Part shown: one piece after another, positions 13,701 to 27,088 of the stretch
Layout: every line of letters begins with the position of its first letter
Position numbering within the stretch: position 1 is the stretch's first letter
Origin: the human T2T-CHM13v2.0 reference genome, Homo sapiens
DNA length: 64,000 nucleotides
NCBI RefSeq assembly: GCF_009914755.1
Contig: NC_060927.1
Reading direction: 5' to 3' (one strand)
Program-made: the position numbers and the translations under genes
Notes under the pieces: model-generated
What the model was told of the DNA's origin: nothing
What the model saw: the letters and a program-made list of their open reading frames with translations, nothing else
The model's database searches: none

Positions 13701-14448
13701 TACTTGATTATATGAATTATCTCTTATGACTTCTCCACTTACAGAATGAGGTTAATTATAGCTACCCTCACTTATCTCATGGGATATTTTAAGAGAATGG
13801 ATGGAATAATAAAAATACCAGTTTATCTAAAGTGAAGTATTTAAAATACAAATTATTTTAGCATAAGAATATACTAAATTTACTCTATACTACATAGTAC
13901 TAAAATGTATAGGAATGTACTATGGGAGAAGAAATTATTTAAAAGTAAGAGCATTTACTGTAAAAGAAAAATCCTCAGAACTGGATAGAAAGAGAGTAAG
14001 TAGATGGGGTGGAGGGAGAAATAGGAGGGATATGATGATTCCAAGAAGAAAAAGAGTTTAAAATCTCTGCTCTGTTGTTTAATTGGAGAGAACTCTGATA
14101 TTGGGTTTGGGCTTTGAGAATGACAGGGAATAACAGATAGAGAGGCAACCAGGTATCTGTGTGGCCTGTGGAATTCTGAAGGGAGCAGAGAAACAGTACT
14201 GGTATTTAAAGTGAACATCTTTTTTTTTTTTTAAAGTGAACATCTCTAAAGTTGAAGCTATTGGCTGCCCCATAAAATAGCTTCTGCTCAGTTGCTTCTC
14301 CTGTCATTCAATGAGATGATTCTTCTACTCTTAAGGCCAGATGTGAAAGTTTTAGTTATTCTCTTTTCTTCTTCCTTCACATCTAACAAGTCTTCCAATT
14401 TTATCAACCTTTTTTCACACAATGTTGCTTCCAACTCTCTTGCCTTTT

Positions 14449-15061
14449 AGATAGTGAAAGTAGACAGACAAATTCCAGGCAGACAAAGGTGATTCCCCAG
14501 TAAGGCTTGACCTTCAACCTGTGGACTGAACTGCCAATTCCAGATAGAGTCTAAAACTGGAGTGAGAACTATCCCCATCTTACCCACTCTCTCTCAGTTG
14601 GTTCCTTCTGGATGATGTCTTTTAACCATCAAATGGTGCTTTTTCCAAGGCCACCCATGGACCAATCAGCACATAATCCTCCATTCAAAGCCCATAAAAA
14701 CCCCAGACTCAGCTTCAGAGATGGCTACCCACTTCAGGTCCCCTCTCATTGTCAAGAGCTTTTCTGTTGATCAATAAAATTCTACTCTGCCTTGCTTACT
14801 CTAAAGTGTCTGCAAACCTCATTCCTCTTGGTTGCAGGACCAAAACCCAAAACCTGCCAAATGGTGGGAGTGAAAAGAGCTATAACATTCTCTCTCACTG
14901 AATTACAGGAGTGAAAAAAGCCACTGGGTGCTGCTCCTTTCTGGCTGATGAACAAAAGGGCTTGTAACACCCTTTCCCACTTGCTGAACTACAGGAGTAG
15001 AAAAGCTGCTGGACACCACTCCCTTTCACTCACCAAACTATGGGAATAAAAAGCAGTGACA
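14449..15061 (+). mobile_element. ERV1 solo LTR (LTR27/LTR28/MER61-like)
   Basis: CCAAT, 'cccataaaaacccc', AATAAA, repeated U5 units; ends 'gtgaca'; 4-bp TSD TTTT at 14445-14448 and 15062-15065. Confidence 0.75.
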
Positions 15062-15494
15062 TTTTCATCCTCAATGCCACCACTATGACCTGGTGCTCCT
15101 CATCTTGCAACAGGTCTCCAGGGCTCTGTTTTTTTCCTACTTCTGATACAGACAACATACAACAGATCAATCACTCCCCTTAAAGAATTAATTTCATGAG
15201 TTCAGCTTCTCCTTAGAAATCTTTAATGAATCCTCAGTTGCTACCAAATGACCCTTTAGTCTACTTTGCTTGAAATTGCTAAAATCTTGTCTGAAGCTAC
15301 TTTTTCAAATTTACCATTTCTTAACATGTGTACTGTACTCTAATCAGATTGACTTCACACAATCTCCATTATATTCTGTACTTAATCTTTACTCAGAGGC
15401 TTTATTCCAGCTATTGTCTCCATCTGGAATTTTCTCAGCTCTCTAATGTTATCTCCAATTCAGTCAGTCCTTCAAGTTTCTCCTTAAATTCTGA

Positions 15495-15678
15495 CATTGG
15501 TGTGCTGGATCCTGAATCGAGTATCCACATCTTTCCCCAACTCTGTATTCAGTGACATCTCATTAGTACCTTGAAATCAGCCATGGTGGGAATATTTGCA
15601 CAATAGCAATTGGCAAACAATAAAAAAATCAGTCCTTCCTCCCTGACCAGAACCAGTTTTTAAATGAGCACACCACTG
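15495..15678 (+). mobile_element. MER63-like hAT DNA transposon relic
   Basis: TIRs 'cattggtgtgct' and 'agcacaccactg'; internal 'ttgaaatcagccatggtgggaatattt'. Confidence 0.75.
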
Positions 15679-15718
15679 CTATTGCCTCAATCTTCTTTGA
15701 CAGTTCACACAAACTTAC

Positions 15719-16017
15719 TTTTTTTTTTTTGAGACGGAGTCTCGCTCTGTCGCCCAGGCTGGAGAGTGCAGTGGTGCAATCTTGGCTCACTGCAAGCTCC
15801 GCCTCCCAGGTTGATGCCATTCTCCTGCCTCAGCCTCCCAAGTAGCTGGGACTACAGGCACCTGCCATCATGCCTGGCTAACTTTTTTTTGTAGTTTTTA
15901 GTAAAGACGGGGTTTCACTGTGTTAGCCAGGATGGTCTCGATCTTCTGACCTCATGATCCGCCCACCTCGGCCTCCCAAAGTGCTGGGATTACAGGTGTG
16001 AGCCACCGCGCCTGGCC
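15719..16017 (-). mobile_element. AluY-like SINE
   Basis: Full dimer; Y-type 'gcaagctccgcc', 'tgttagccaggatggtctcgatc'; TSD ACAAACTTACTT(T) at 15709 and 16018. Confidence 0.95.
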
Positions 16018-16614
16018 ACAAACTTACTTTTTATATCATGCATTTGTGTACTTCTTTGTGTACTAAAATAAATATTTTTAAAAACATTGTCTAACTCACT
16101 GTTTGACTTTACAACCTGATTGTCTTCTGAAGTTCACTGGCCAAGTCCTGTATTTTCTTGTTATCCTTCTCAATCTGGAGAAAAATGCTTACTGAATGAA
16201 AACTGAGGCATTCAGTATACAACTCTTTTGATTTTCTGGCTTTCAAGATTATTTGAAAATTCAGAAATGATGTCAATACTTTCTCTCTTTCTATGCATCT
16301 GCTGCCTAGTGTAATGTCTCACTGATCCTATGCACCCAAAACTTTTTATTTGAATCATCTCTGTATGCTTGTGGTGGGTGGTAAATAATACGAAGTTGTT
16401 TTATATGTCAATGAAGAGACATACTAAGGCTCTTTGGTTTTAATTTACATTTTACTCCAAATATAAACCTAATTGAATTGATTCTTCTACTCTAAGGTCA
16501 GATGTGAGAGTTAATAATCTTAGAATTTTAACACAATATCTTTGATGTTGATTAGAATCTGTGAGTGTCCATAGATATAATTGGAATGCCAAGATATGAG
16601 TAAAAGTTCCAACT

Positions 16615-16815
16615 AGCTAACATGTATTGGGTGTTTACTATGTGCCAAACACTAACTTTTAAAATATATTTTCTCATTTAATCCTAATATGAACTTTCTG
16701 AGGTGGTTACCATTAATGCAGTCATTTTACAAATGAAGAAATTGGCTCTGGCACAGTTACATGTCTATACTCAATGGCACCATGGAGTGACTCCAAACCA
16801 TTCTGATTCTATAAA
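16615..16815 (-). mobile_element. MIR SINE
   Basis: 'agctaacatgtattgggtgtttactatgtgcc...ctcatttaatcct...cattttacaaatgaagaaa'. Confidence 0.75.
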
Positions 16816-19091
16816 AGTCACCTTAATGACTTTACACCTTAATTCCACATACAAGCAGCACTCTAATGTTAGGACTGTGTTACATTTTTAATGTTTGCCT
16901 GTGCCACGTCAGGAAAACTAATAATTAGACTTTGAATTTTTCCAGCCAGTCTCTTAACACTTGTTTTAATGAGTGAAGTTTTATTTTCAGGCCACTCTAC
17001 CATTTTATTTTAAAAAGAAAAATTGTTGTTGATTAAGACATCATTTAGGAGCTTGTAAAAATGACTCTTTAGTGAGGGCTTACTTTGTGCCTAATGCTAT
17101 TCCAGATAGTCTGGGAATTAAAAGGGAGAGGAGAGAAAGATTCTCCATCTTTCTTCAAAGTCCTATAAAATAGGACAAATGGCAATGAATACACATGGGA
17201 CAAATAGAAAACAATTAGATGATAATTTCTATGATACTAACTGAAAGAATTTAAAAGTTAGGAAATATCAGCAAAGGTTGAAAATTGGTACAACTTTAAG
17301 GAAGAAGTGGGAGTGGAATCTTGAAGGTTGGTTTTGAATAGGGGCAGATGAGAGGTATAGTAAGGAGGAAAAAACAGTAAGTAAATGTACTGAGGCAGAA
17401 AATAACATGATATATTGGAGATGATCATTTTGGAGGCTCTGAAATCTCTGAATATTGAGTTTTAATCTCATCAACTCTCAATATCATTGGTACAAAGCAT
17501 AGAACTTCAAGGTCATGACTTAGTTTATCCAGAACAGCTGCCTTGCTGACAAGGAAAGCCAAATTAAATGCAGTGTTCACATTTTTATTTTGTTACACCC
17601 GGAGGCACCCAGCTACTCATAGCATCCATTTTCCTCTCCCTGCTCCTTGATCTTTCTCCATGGTGCCTGGCAACAACAGGAAGCACTGGAGCTTTCAGCT
17701 GGGAGACTGCACTGCAGGCTTGAGAATGTTATTTTTGAACCTGTTCTTGTCCCTTTTTTTGCAAACTCAATTCATTACCTTGGGGTCTGTGATCTCACAC
17801 CAGAGAGACAGTCATTGTCTCCACAATGTTTTTAGTCATTTTCCCGTGTGATTCAGCGGGTGCCTAACTACCCTTCTGATGTCCTCGCATTTGTCTTGTT
17901 TTGCCTCTTTGACAACTGTCCCAAGTTCATGCTCAGACTTGGTTAAATGCAGTAAGTGCTTCTCTACCCAGCCTATGCAGTTTTTTCTGTTTCTGGCACA
18001 TTATTGGGTAAACAAATGTCCTAATCTAATTTACAGTGACAGGCTTTTATTACAGTGTTCCTGTCTTGGAGCCAAAATAGAAGCACATGTCCCAATCAAG
18101 AAAGGGTTGCTTTCTTGTCTAGAAACTTCCCAAATGATTTGCTTATTCAGAGACCTCCTTCTTTTTTCCTCCTTGACCTCCTTGGCTGCCTGCAGCTTTT
18201 TTTCAGATCAGTGAGTTGTCTTTCTTATTAGCACTGTGAGAGACTGGAAGAAGAATACAGCAATAATTTGTCCTCCTTCCCCTCATTTACAAGCATTTCG
18301 CTTTCTTTTCTGGTGAATTGAATTCCTCCAGTAACCCGGCCACACTCTTTTCTATGTTTCTGCTTTCCTCTCTTTCATCTTTCTCTTGGATAATAACTGC
18401 TTATCAGCCTCAGGTTGGATTTTCTCCCGTTTCCAATACTGAATTTGTCTGGATAATAAAACTGAGTCAATATCTTCAAAACTTTTATCCTAAGAGATAA
18501 GTTTATTCACGTTTAACACACTCTCAAGATTCTTCATGATAGAGATTTCCCCTATATGCCAGATATAGCAGGTTCTTTTGTTCCGAGTGAGGCTTTCCAA
18601 TCCTAGTTCATAGCAGCTAGATGTTGGGATAGATTTCCTTATGTGTGAAACCTGTGTCACCCTTACAAAGCTTACAGCAAACTTCGCAGTTGCTGCTTTA
18701 CTCACTCTTGAATAATTCTTCCCTAGACAACCACTTCCTGAGTCCCTGGGAGATTAATCATATGACCCTCCATTTCTGTATGTCACAGAGACACATACAA
18801 TGAGACATACAGAGGTGGGTAGACAGGGGTGCATGGATAATTGATTTTTTTGTCCTCAGCAACAAAATTAGAAACTCTCTTGTAGACTTTTTCGGAGTCT
18901 GTGCTGGGTAATTAAACTCAGAGAATTCTTCCTCGGGGGACAGTCTGGCAGTGAGTTTGTCTGGTGGAGGTTCATGCTGATTTTACCCTTTGTTACCTTA
19001 TTTCTTGTATTTCAAGCATAGTCAAAAGTGTATGTAGTCTCTACCTTCATCATTTCTAAACAACAGGACAAATAAGCAGGAACAGAGAGAC

Positions 19092-19391
19092 TTTTTTATT
19101 TTTTATTTTTTGAGATGGAGTCTCTCTTAGCTGCTCAGGCCAGAGTGCAGGGGTGCCATCTTGGCTCATTGCAGCCACCGTCTTCCGGGTTCAAGCAGTT
19201 CTCCCATCTCAACCTCCTGAGTAGCTGAGATTACATGCACCCACTATCATGCCTGGCTAATTTTTGTATTTTAGTAGAGACAGGATTTCACCATGTTGCC
19301 AGGCTGGTCTGAAACTCCTAACCTCAGGTGACCTACCCGTCTCACCCTCCCAAAGTGCTAGGATTACAGGCGTGAGCCACTGTGCCTGGCC
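19092..19391 (-). mobile_element. AluS SINE
   Basis: Full dimer; TSD ACAGAGAGAC(T/C)TTT at 19082 and 19392. Confidence 0.95.
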
Positions 19392-19541
19392 ACAGAGAGA
19401 CCTTTTGATGACTATAAGAATACATTTGTGTGGGTAAGGTATAGTTAGAGTTACTGGCTATAAAAGATATGTTAGAAAAATTAAGAAAAAAAAAAGATGT
19501 GTTAGTGTTTAAAAATGTACCTGGGCTGTGTGTTAATCAGG

Positions 19542-20043
19542 TGTTGTAAGACATGTATGACATAACTGTCATGAAAGAAGAAATTGTTATACTCACAGAT
19601 CCCTAGAAACAGGAGGTACAGCACACCATGCAGAGCCATATGCGGAAACAGCAGGGTCAATCAGGGGACAAAGGGAATGAGAGAAAACGTGTGCAAAAGC
19701 CTGTTATGTGCTTTTTGTGGGAGGTAATGGGGTGGCGGGGTAAGCAGATTTAGAATTGGCTAGTTTGAATACTTTTTGTTAGGTTCTGGGAAATAGGGGT
19801 TGTCCCATTGTCTGGTACCTGGCCCTGGGGTAGGTAGGTAATAGCCCATAGTGTAAGAGCTAGATAAAGGGGGAAGTTGTGAGGTATGTGCTTTGGATTG
19901 ATTGGTTTCTATATGAAACACATCGTCCCAGGTGAGTCATTCTATCCCTAGGAATTAGTGAACCCTGGAAAAAGTCATCTCTTCTAGTGTCAGCAAGGCC
20001 CCAAGATGTCAAAATATCAGAATTAGAAGATATATTTAATGCA
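19542..20043 (-). mobile_element. ERVL solo LTR (MER74/LTR53-like)
   Basis: Reverse strand begins 'tgcattaa...ttttgacatcttggggccttgctgac'. Confidence 0.7.
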
Positions 20044-20104
20044 GCTGATAAATGTTTTAAAAATGGCTCTTGGGAAAACAGCACCAACAAAACACAATGC
20101 AATT

Positions 20105-20670
20105 TGTAGCACTTACTGAATTCCATAAGTGCTCAAGCAAAGTTATGCACATATGTACCAGGATACATTGCAAGAATATTCTGAGCAGAATTGATTCTGA
20201 TATCCAAAAACTGGGAAAAAACCATGTATCTGTCAACGTTAGAGTAATAAATACATTTTATACATTTATATCACGAAATTGCACACAGTGTGTAAACAAG
20301 TGAGCAAATTACAACTCTATGCAGCTACATGGATAAAACATGAAAGTATAATGTTGAAAAAGAAGCAAGGCACAAAATAATGTACTCTAATCAAAATGGA
20401 CAAAACTAAACTATATTTTTAGGGAGGATCATATAAGTGATGATAGTATGAAAAAAGAGATATTATAATAAAAGTTATGGTGCTGGTTATTTCTTGTTGA
20501 TAGAGAAAGGTATGTTCAAGAAGAGACTCATGTGGACATCTACAGGGCCAGCAGTGTTCTGTGTCTTGACCTGGGTAGTAGATATATAGCCATTTGCTTT
20601 ATAAATATAAAACACCGAACTCTTCATTTGTGTTTCATGTACGTTTTCTGAATGCGGCATTTCATAATGA
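20105..20670 (+). mobile_element. L1ME-type 3' end
   Basis: 'ccaaaaactggg...gcagctacatggata...tgttctgtgtcttgacctgggt'. Confidence 0.7.
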
Positions 20671-22260
20671 GTTATTAAAATTACTTTGGACAGAATTTCT
20701 CAATCTACTTTTCTTTGGATTTTATAACTCAATGTATCTGTTCACTGTGAAGAATGTAAACAGAGAAAAACGGGAACTTTATGTTCAAGGTTAATGAATT
20801 CTTTAGAATCATTAACCACCAGGTTTTTAATGCTTTGTTGAATGAGATTACTTAAAAAATGTCATTCTTTCAAACAAGCCAGACTACTAAAGTGGAAAGC
20901 AAAGTTTGTTTTGACATTGATTCTTGTGTGTTTTCAATAATGTTTCACTTTTAAGAGTCAGTGTATTAATGCATACACGGGGAATACATCTCTTTGAAGT
21001 GCTTTATAGAAGGTGATAGGGTGATATTACCTATTCTCAAGAATACACCAACAAGATTATCACATAACTGCTCTTTGTTTACATACTGTTTGAGGAAAAA
21101 AGGATCCATTAATAAACTAGGTACTGGAATTATTGATGCTATCTCCATGTGTTATGCTGTTGAAAGAACACAAAATATATGGCCATTTGATTAAATGCAT
21201 GTAGTGGTCAAGAAAAAAAATTTGGTTTTCTACTCCCTTGTGTTCATCCCTATGTATTAAATATTTATATTTCTTTGATCTGCTAATGTATGCATCTCTA
21301 ATGCACCCTCTTTGCTGATCTCAGCATTCCTTTCTATTTATTAAAAGAAAATACAGGAAATGTACTCTTCTCAATCTTAAAATTTTTTAAAGGAAAAAGT
21401 TTTCCCTGATTTGTCAATAAGACTTTAAAGAAAACAATGAAAGTTATAATTATGAAGCTGATTTAGCTGTGCTGTATGTCGAATGGTGAAACAATACAGC
21501 TTTCCTTATGTTTTTAACAATTCGAAATCCTCTCTTTTGGTAGTTTGTGAAAATTATATGACAGAGTCACAGATCAGTTATGGAAGGCTCTCTAGGGACA
21601 AGGCAATGAATGGCGAGTCAAAGGAAGGGCCTGACACAAGGCTACAGAATTAACAGTTGGATTTGACTCAGAGAAACCAGGATTCAAATACAAGGCCAAA
21701 CTTCTTTTCTCAATGCAATCATAAGTTTCCCCTTCCAAGCCAATGCCATCAATACTTGAGGATATTTTTCTAGAACACCTGCACCTTTTTTTCCTCAGGT
21801 CACAAATCTGTCTTCTTACACTTGTCCACTAAAGTTGAATTTGCAACTCTCTAATTTCAGTCTTAGTCCCTTTCTCTGGATAGGGTGTGTACAAGGAATA
21901 GAGAAGAATAAGAGTTTTGGAGGCCTGAGAAATGATTTTTCATTAGCATAAATATAAGTAACCAGGACAACAGAGGACTCAGCAGCAGATGGCTGATAAG
22001 ATCTCATGTTTTTCAATATATTCAAAAATGGAATTAATTTTTAATACCACATATTAGCAATCTTCTAATACTTAGGTAATCTCTTTGCAATCCTTTCCAG
22101 TAAGCTGATGGAATAAATGGAAATAAGTCAGTCTGATCTAATAGAAAGTGTTTTTTCACCTTTTCCTGGGATAGGCATTTTGGTCTGAATTTTACTGGCA
22201 TGTACTTATAAGACACTCGATAACTGTTAGCTCTGTTAGGATATGGCTGAGTGAATGGAT

Positions 22261-22423
22261 CATGGTATAGTGGGAGAAAGTGCTGGACTGGAAGTCAGAG
22301 AAATTGAAATCTGGTTCTTGGCATGAGCATAAATAAATCATTGATTGTCTTAGTTTCAGTTTATTCATTTGCGTAATAAACAAATGAATCTGATGATTTC
22401 TGAGATGCTTTTAGCTAGCTCTG
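22261..22423 (+). mobile_element. MIR/MIR3 SINE
   Basis: 'catggtatagtggg..aagtgctggactggaagtcagag...tcagtttattcatttg...gatgatttctgagatg'. Confidence 0.7.
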
Positions 22424-22442
22424 TGTTTCTCAGACTCTGTGA

Positions 22443-22764
<322 letters not shown>

Positions 22765-22850
22765 GAAATAACTGTATTTTAATTTAATGATTGAAATAGA
22801 ATATATTCTTCGATATCCAAAAGTCAGTTACCTGACATTTTTCTCCTACA

Positions 22851-23096
22851 TAATAATAACAGGTACAATTTATGGAGCCATTAGTGTGTTTCAGGTGCTA
22901 TATTGAGTACTCTACAAAGACGATCTCATTTAATCCTTAATTAATTAATCATTATGATAATGATTTTATAGATGATAGAACTTAGGCTTTAAGAGTTTGA
23001 GTAATTTGACCAAGGCCCAGGCTTGCTTGTGATTTGTAAGACGTGACTTCAAGTCTTTTCTGTATTACTCCAGAAGCCATGCTCTTAATTACTGAA
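22851..23096 (-). mobile_element. MIR SINE
   Basis: 'atctcatttaatcct...ttttatagatga...gtaatttgaccaagg...actccagaagccatgctcttaa'. Confidence 0.75.
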
Positions 23097-23344
23097 TCTG
23101 AGTGCAACCTGATATAACACAAGATTACCAGGGGAAAATCGCTGGATCAAGACAGGAGGGTCTAAAATGGCTGCAACCTTTAAAACATTGTTTTATTTCA
23201 AAGGTAATATATAGTCATTTCTTTTTGTGTACAATTACAACAATACATGGCAAAACATGATATTTCTTCTTTCCCCCTGCTTCCATTCCCACTCCCCTCC
23301 TCAAAAGTATAATCACCATCTATAGTGTGTAGGTTGGTGTTGGT

Positions 23345-23510
23345 GGTAGTGACTGAAAGAAAACACAAGGGGCCCTCTGAGGTGACAGCGATGTTCTGAT
23401 TTTTGACCTGAGTGCTGATTATCCAGATATGTTCATTTTGTGAAAGTATATCAGGCTATTCAATCCCGGTTTGTACGCTTTTCTGTATGTACCTAATATA
23501 TTTTTTAAAA
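23345..23510 (+). mobile_element. L1ME-type 3' end fragment
   Basis: 'atgttctgatttttgacctgagtg...tgttcattttgtgaaa...tgtacgcttttctgtatgt'. Confidence 0.65.
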
Positions 23511-24024
23511 AGCTTATCAAAGAAAATGAATACCATGATACACAAGCATATCATACTGTTAGTCATCCCAACTTTCCCAATGGGAAAAGCTATGTAAAAA
23601 TTAGCTTGCAAAACCACTTTCTTTCTTTATTCTTTGAGGATTGCCAATACCACATTGTAATTTCTAGAACCCACTTAAGTTATCTATTGGAAGTCTTCTA
23701 CATATTTGGCAAGCTCTATACAGTGTATTTCTCCACATGAGGCTGCCCATGATTTCAGATGAATACCTAACTCAAATTATGCTTAATGTTTAATTTCAAT
23801 TGAACCAAACATCAAATTTTCACAATGGGTCTTGTCAAAGGGGAATACCCTTTCCCTATTCATCTGACTTCTATGAAAAAGGATTTCATTTAAAGAAGCC
23901 CTATTCTACTCCACGAAACTCTTAGTGGCAAATTTTGGTATATGTAGTCTACCTTCTACTCACATGTCTTTTAGGATGATGACATACCTGCCAAGAGCAC
24001 CTCCTCACAGTTACTCTAGGCCAT

Positions 24025-24396
24025 GGAGATAGTCATTACTTTTGCTCTCCAACATCCCATTCTCTGGGCACATGAAAGGTTTAATTTACTGGTGGGACAA
24101 TTTTATTAGTTCTGGCCACTGGATTGAGATTGAAAGTGATGTGATTCACTTCTGGAGCAGAGCACGTGATTGCCAAAAAGAGAGACTTTCCAAAACCCCG
24201 TTTATCTTTCTGTAATAGCACCGAGCCAGGTTTGAGATGGTTGTTGCTCCTTCAGACTGGTTCCTAGAGAGAAGGGGATGTGGAGCAGAATCCCAGTTGA
24301 CTCGTGACGGACACATTATACGAGTAAAGAGTAAACCTTTGTGTGTCAAGGCACTGAAATGTTGAGATCCTGTGGTACTGCAGCTGACTGCTGACA
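24025..24396 (+). mobile_element. MLT1I/J-type MaLR LTR
   Basis: 'agttctggcca...aagtgatgtg..cacttctgg...taaacctttgtgtgtcaaggcactgaaat'. Confidence 0.65.
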
Positions 24397-24699
24397 GAAT
24401 GCAATGAGTTAAACTTAGCAGCTGAGGCTATGTCCACGGTCAGGAGGAGAGTTGTTCAGTGCTGCCTGAACCTAGGTGGATAAATCTAATTCTGGAGTTC
24501 AAAAACTCCCTTTATTTAAAAGCTATATTCTGTAGTATAATCTTTAGATGTGATAGAGTTTTTTTTTTTTTTTGTCTCATTTACCTTGCTCTTTTGCCTA
24601 AACAGGCAGAACGTGTAGGGAAGAGAAATATTATTTTCTGGACCTGCTCCCTTATAACTCCATCAGGTTACTGAAGGAGGTCAAATGGCCTTGGAAGGA

Positions 24700-24940
24700 A
24701 CTGGAGAGGCAGATGGGGATGAGATCATGCATAACCCTATGGACAATGTTAAGGATTTCAACTTTAATATAAATCCATTAGGAAGTCATGGAAGGCTTTC
24801 AGGGAGATGTGTGATAAGATGTACATTTTTCAAGAAGCAGACTGATTAGTGTGTGGAGAATGCATTAGAGGGGTATGAAAATGTATATGGGAGACCATTT
24901 AGGAGGACATGGCAGAAAGTCCTGACAGGAAGATAGCTGA
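24700..24940 (-). mobile_element. L2 fragment
   Basis: 'gatcatgc...tgttaaggatttcaactttaat...ggaagtcatggaagg...gtgtggagaatg...gggagacca'. Confidence 0.55.
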
Positions 24941-24960
24941 ATAAACAAAAAGAAATTTTG

Positions 24961-25260
24961 GGCTGAGTGTGGTGGCTCATGCCTGTAATCACACTTTGGG
25001 AGGCTGAGGTGGGAGGATAAAGCCCAGGAGTTTGAGACCAGCCTGGGCAACATGGTGAAACCTCATCTCTACAAAAAACAAAAGAAAAAAATAGCCAGGC
25101 ACGGTGGCGTGCACCTGTAGTCCCAGCTACATGGGAGGCTGAGGCTGGAGGATTGCTTTAGCCTAGGAAGTCAAGGCTGCAGTGCGTCATGATTGTGCCA
25201 CTGCATTCATGGGCGACAGAGTAAGACTCTCAAAACAAACAAACAAAAAAAACAGAAAGA
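24961..25260 (+). mobile_element. AluJ SINE
   Basis: J-type 'gcccaggagtttgagaccagcctgggcaac', 'gtcaaggctgcagtg'; TSD AAGAAATT(T/C)TG. Confidence 0.9.
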
Positions 25261-26349
25261 AAGAAATTCTGGGATGGTTAAAATGATGAAATATATGTGT
25301 CCTTCCCTCATGATCTACCTTGATCTGGGGATACATTTTAGAATATTTAGTGGAACTGATGCATGGCATAACCTTTAGGCAATACTTCAGAAGCATTAGT
25401 CCATCTGTCTCTCATATATGCTTTTGATAAGGATTATACAGAAGAGATTTTGGTTTACCCTTTTTGGTAACAGCTTTAAGTGCACAAATTCTGTATGTGC
25501 TTCAACAATTGATTGATATCTCTTCTGACATTTAACATTAATGAAGACCACATCACCACGGCCCATTCTACATCACCTGTTCAGAGCACTGCTGTGTTAC
25601 GAAGTACCCTAACCACAGCCTTTCCTGTTTTAGGAGGAACTCCTGCCACACAGATTCTTCTGTCACAAGAAGCCTATGACCATGGAAAAAGAAAAAATAC
25701 CCCAAACTGTTCTTAGAAGAGGAGATCCCTAATCACAGATAAAGTCAGTTTTCCTAAAGGGGTTCCTGACTGCTTGCTCAGGCCGGGAACAGGTGTATAA
25801 AATGGCAATTAAAAGGTACCAAATGGCTTGTGGAGGTGATGTTGCATGGGCCTCTGATCTCTATTTGCAACATACAAGTTAGCAAGAAAAGGAGAATCTT
25901 CTTTTCCACACAGCACACACATCTGACGCGAAGGTCATGTGATCTCTCACGGATGTGTGCCTGATGAGATTCTGTGCACAAGGCCAAGGTTTTCCTAGGA
26001 AGACAATTTGGTCATATTCCAACACTCACACGGGCAATTGATGCACAAAAGTTATACATCACAGAACACAGGTGTGATTTCAGCCTGGAAAGATTTCAAA
26101 GGATAGTTAATAGATCTTCCGTTGGGGCAATTAAAATAATTCTCAATAAGGTATTTCTTAAACATCTACTTTTGAGCTGTATAAATGCCTGGAGACTTCT
26201 GATATTAACTAGATACAGAATGTGTACCAGAGGACTAAATTTTATTTTTTAAATATGAAGGCTTAGAAATAATCCCATTAGATATTGGAGAGTCTGTATC
26301 CACAAAAAGTGAATTGTGTTTTGGGGTAGCTATTTAAAAAGCTAATGAC

Positions 26350-26645
26350 GTTCAGGTGTGGTTGCTCATGCCTGTAATCCCAGCACTTTGGGAGACCAAG
26401 GCGGGTGGATCATGAGGTCAGGAGTTCAAGACCAGCCTGGCCAAGATGGTGAAACCCCGTCTCTACTAAAAATACAAAAATTAGCCAGGCATGGTGGCGG
26501 GTGCCTGTAATCCCCGCTACTTGGGAGGCTGAGGCAGAGAATTGCTTGAACCCGGGAGGAGGAGGTTGCAGTGAGCCAAGACGGTGCCACTGCACCCCAG
26601 CCTGGGCGACTGAGCGAGATTCCATCTCTAAAAACAAAACAAAAC
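26350..26645 (+). mobile_element. AluS (Sg/Sc-like) SINE
   Basis: Full dimer with (CAAAA)n tail; TSD AAAGCTAAT(G/A)AC. Confidence 0.95.
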
Positions 26646-26851
26646 AAAGCTAATAACAGAGTGGAAACCATTGTGTGTTGAAGCTGCTCTATTATAAAAA
26701 ATAGAGAAGAGAAAAAAATAGGGTTATCTATATAATGAGTTTCTTCTTTAAGGCAAGCATATGGCTCATTCAGAACTGTTACTGAGTTAAGTTTCACATT
26801 AAAGAAGGGATCTTGAAGTCATCTCTACTTTGCCTCTGCAAATTATCTGAG

Positions 26852-26870
26852 TGTCCAATAGATGGCGCCC
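26852..26870 (+). promoter_or_regulatory. Candidate CTCF site
   Basis: CCAATAGATGGCGC (26855-26868) has one mismatch to CCASYAGRKGGCRS; CpG retained; TGCA 18 bp upstream. Confidence 0.45.
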
Positions 26871-27088
26871 TGATCTTGATGCTGATGGAGGTTTAATGCC
26901 GCAGAGTGTAAACCATAGATCTTTATTGAGTTAAAGGAAATTCACTCAGGACTCGTTCATTTAATTATTTCACAAGGTCATTATTGAGTGCCCGCTATGT
27001 GATAGGACTGTATTGTGTTTCTTTTCACAGGGTCAGAGATTACTGTAAGGCAAATAAAAGCTTCAATGTACTTCTTCACAAAACAATA

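Noticed and set aside
14865-15060. Repeated units with spacers (GGAGTGAAAA...) resembling an array
   Set aside because: Degenerate internal repeats of the ERV1 LTR, not a CRISPR-like array.
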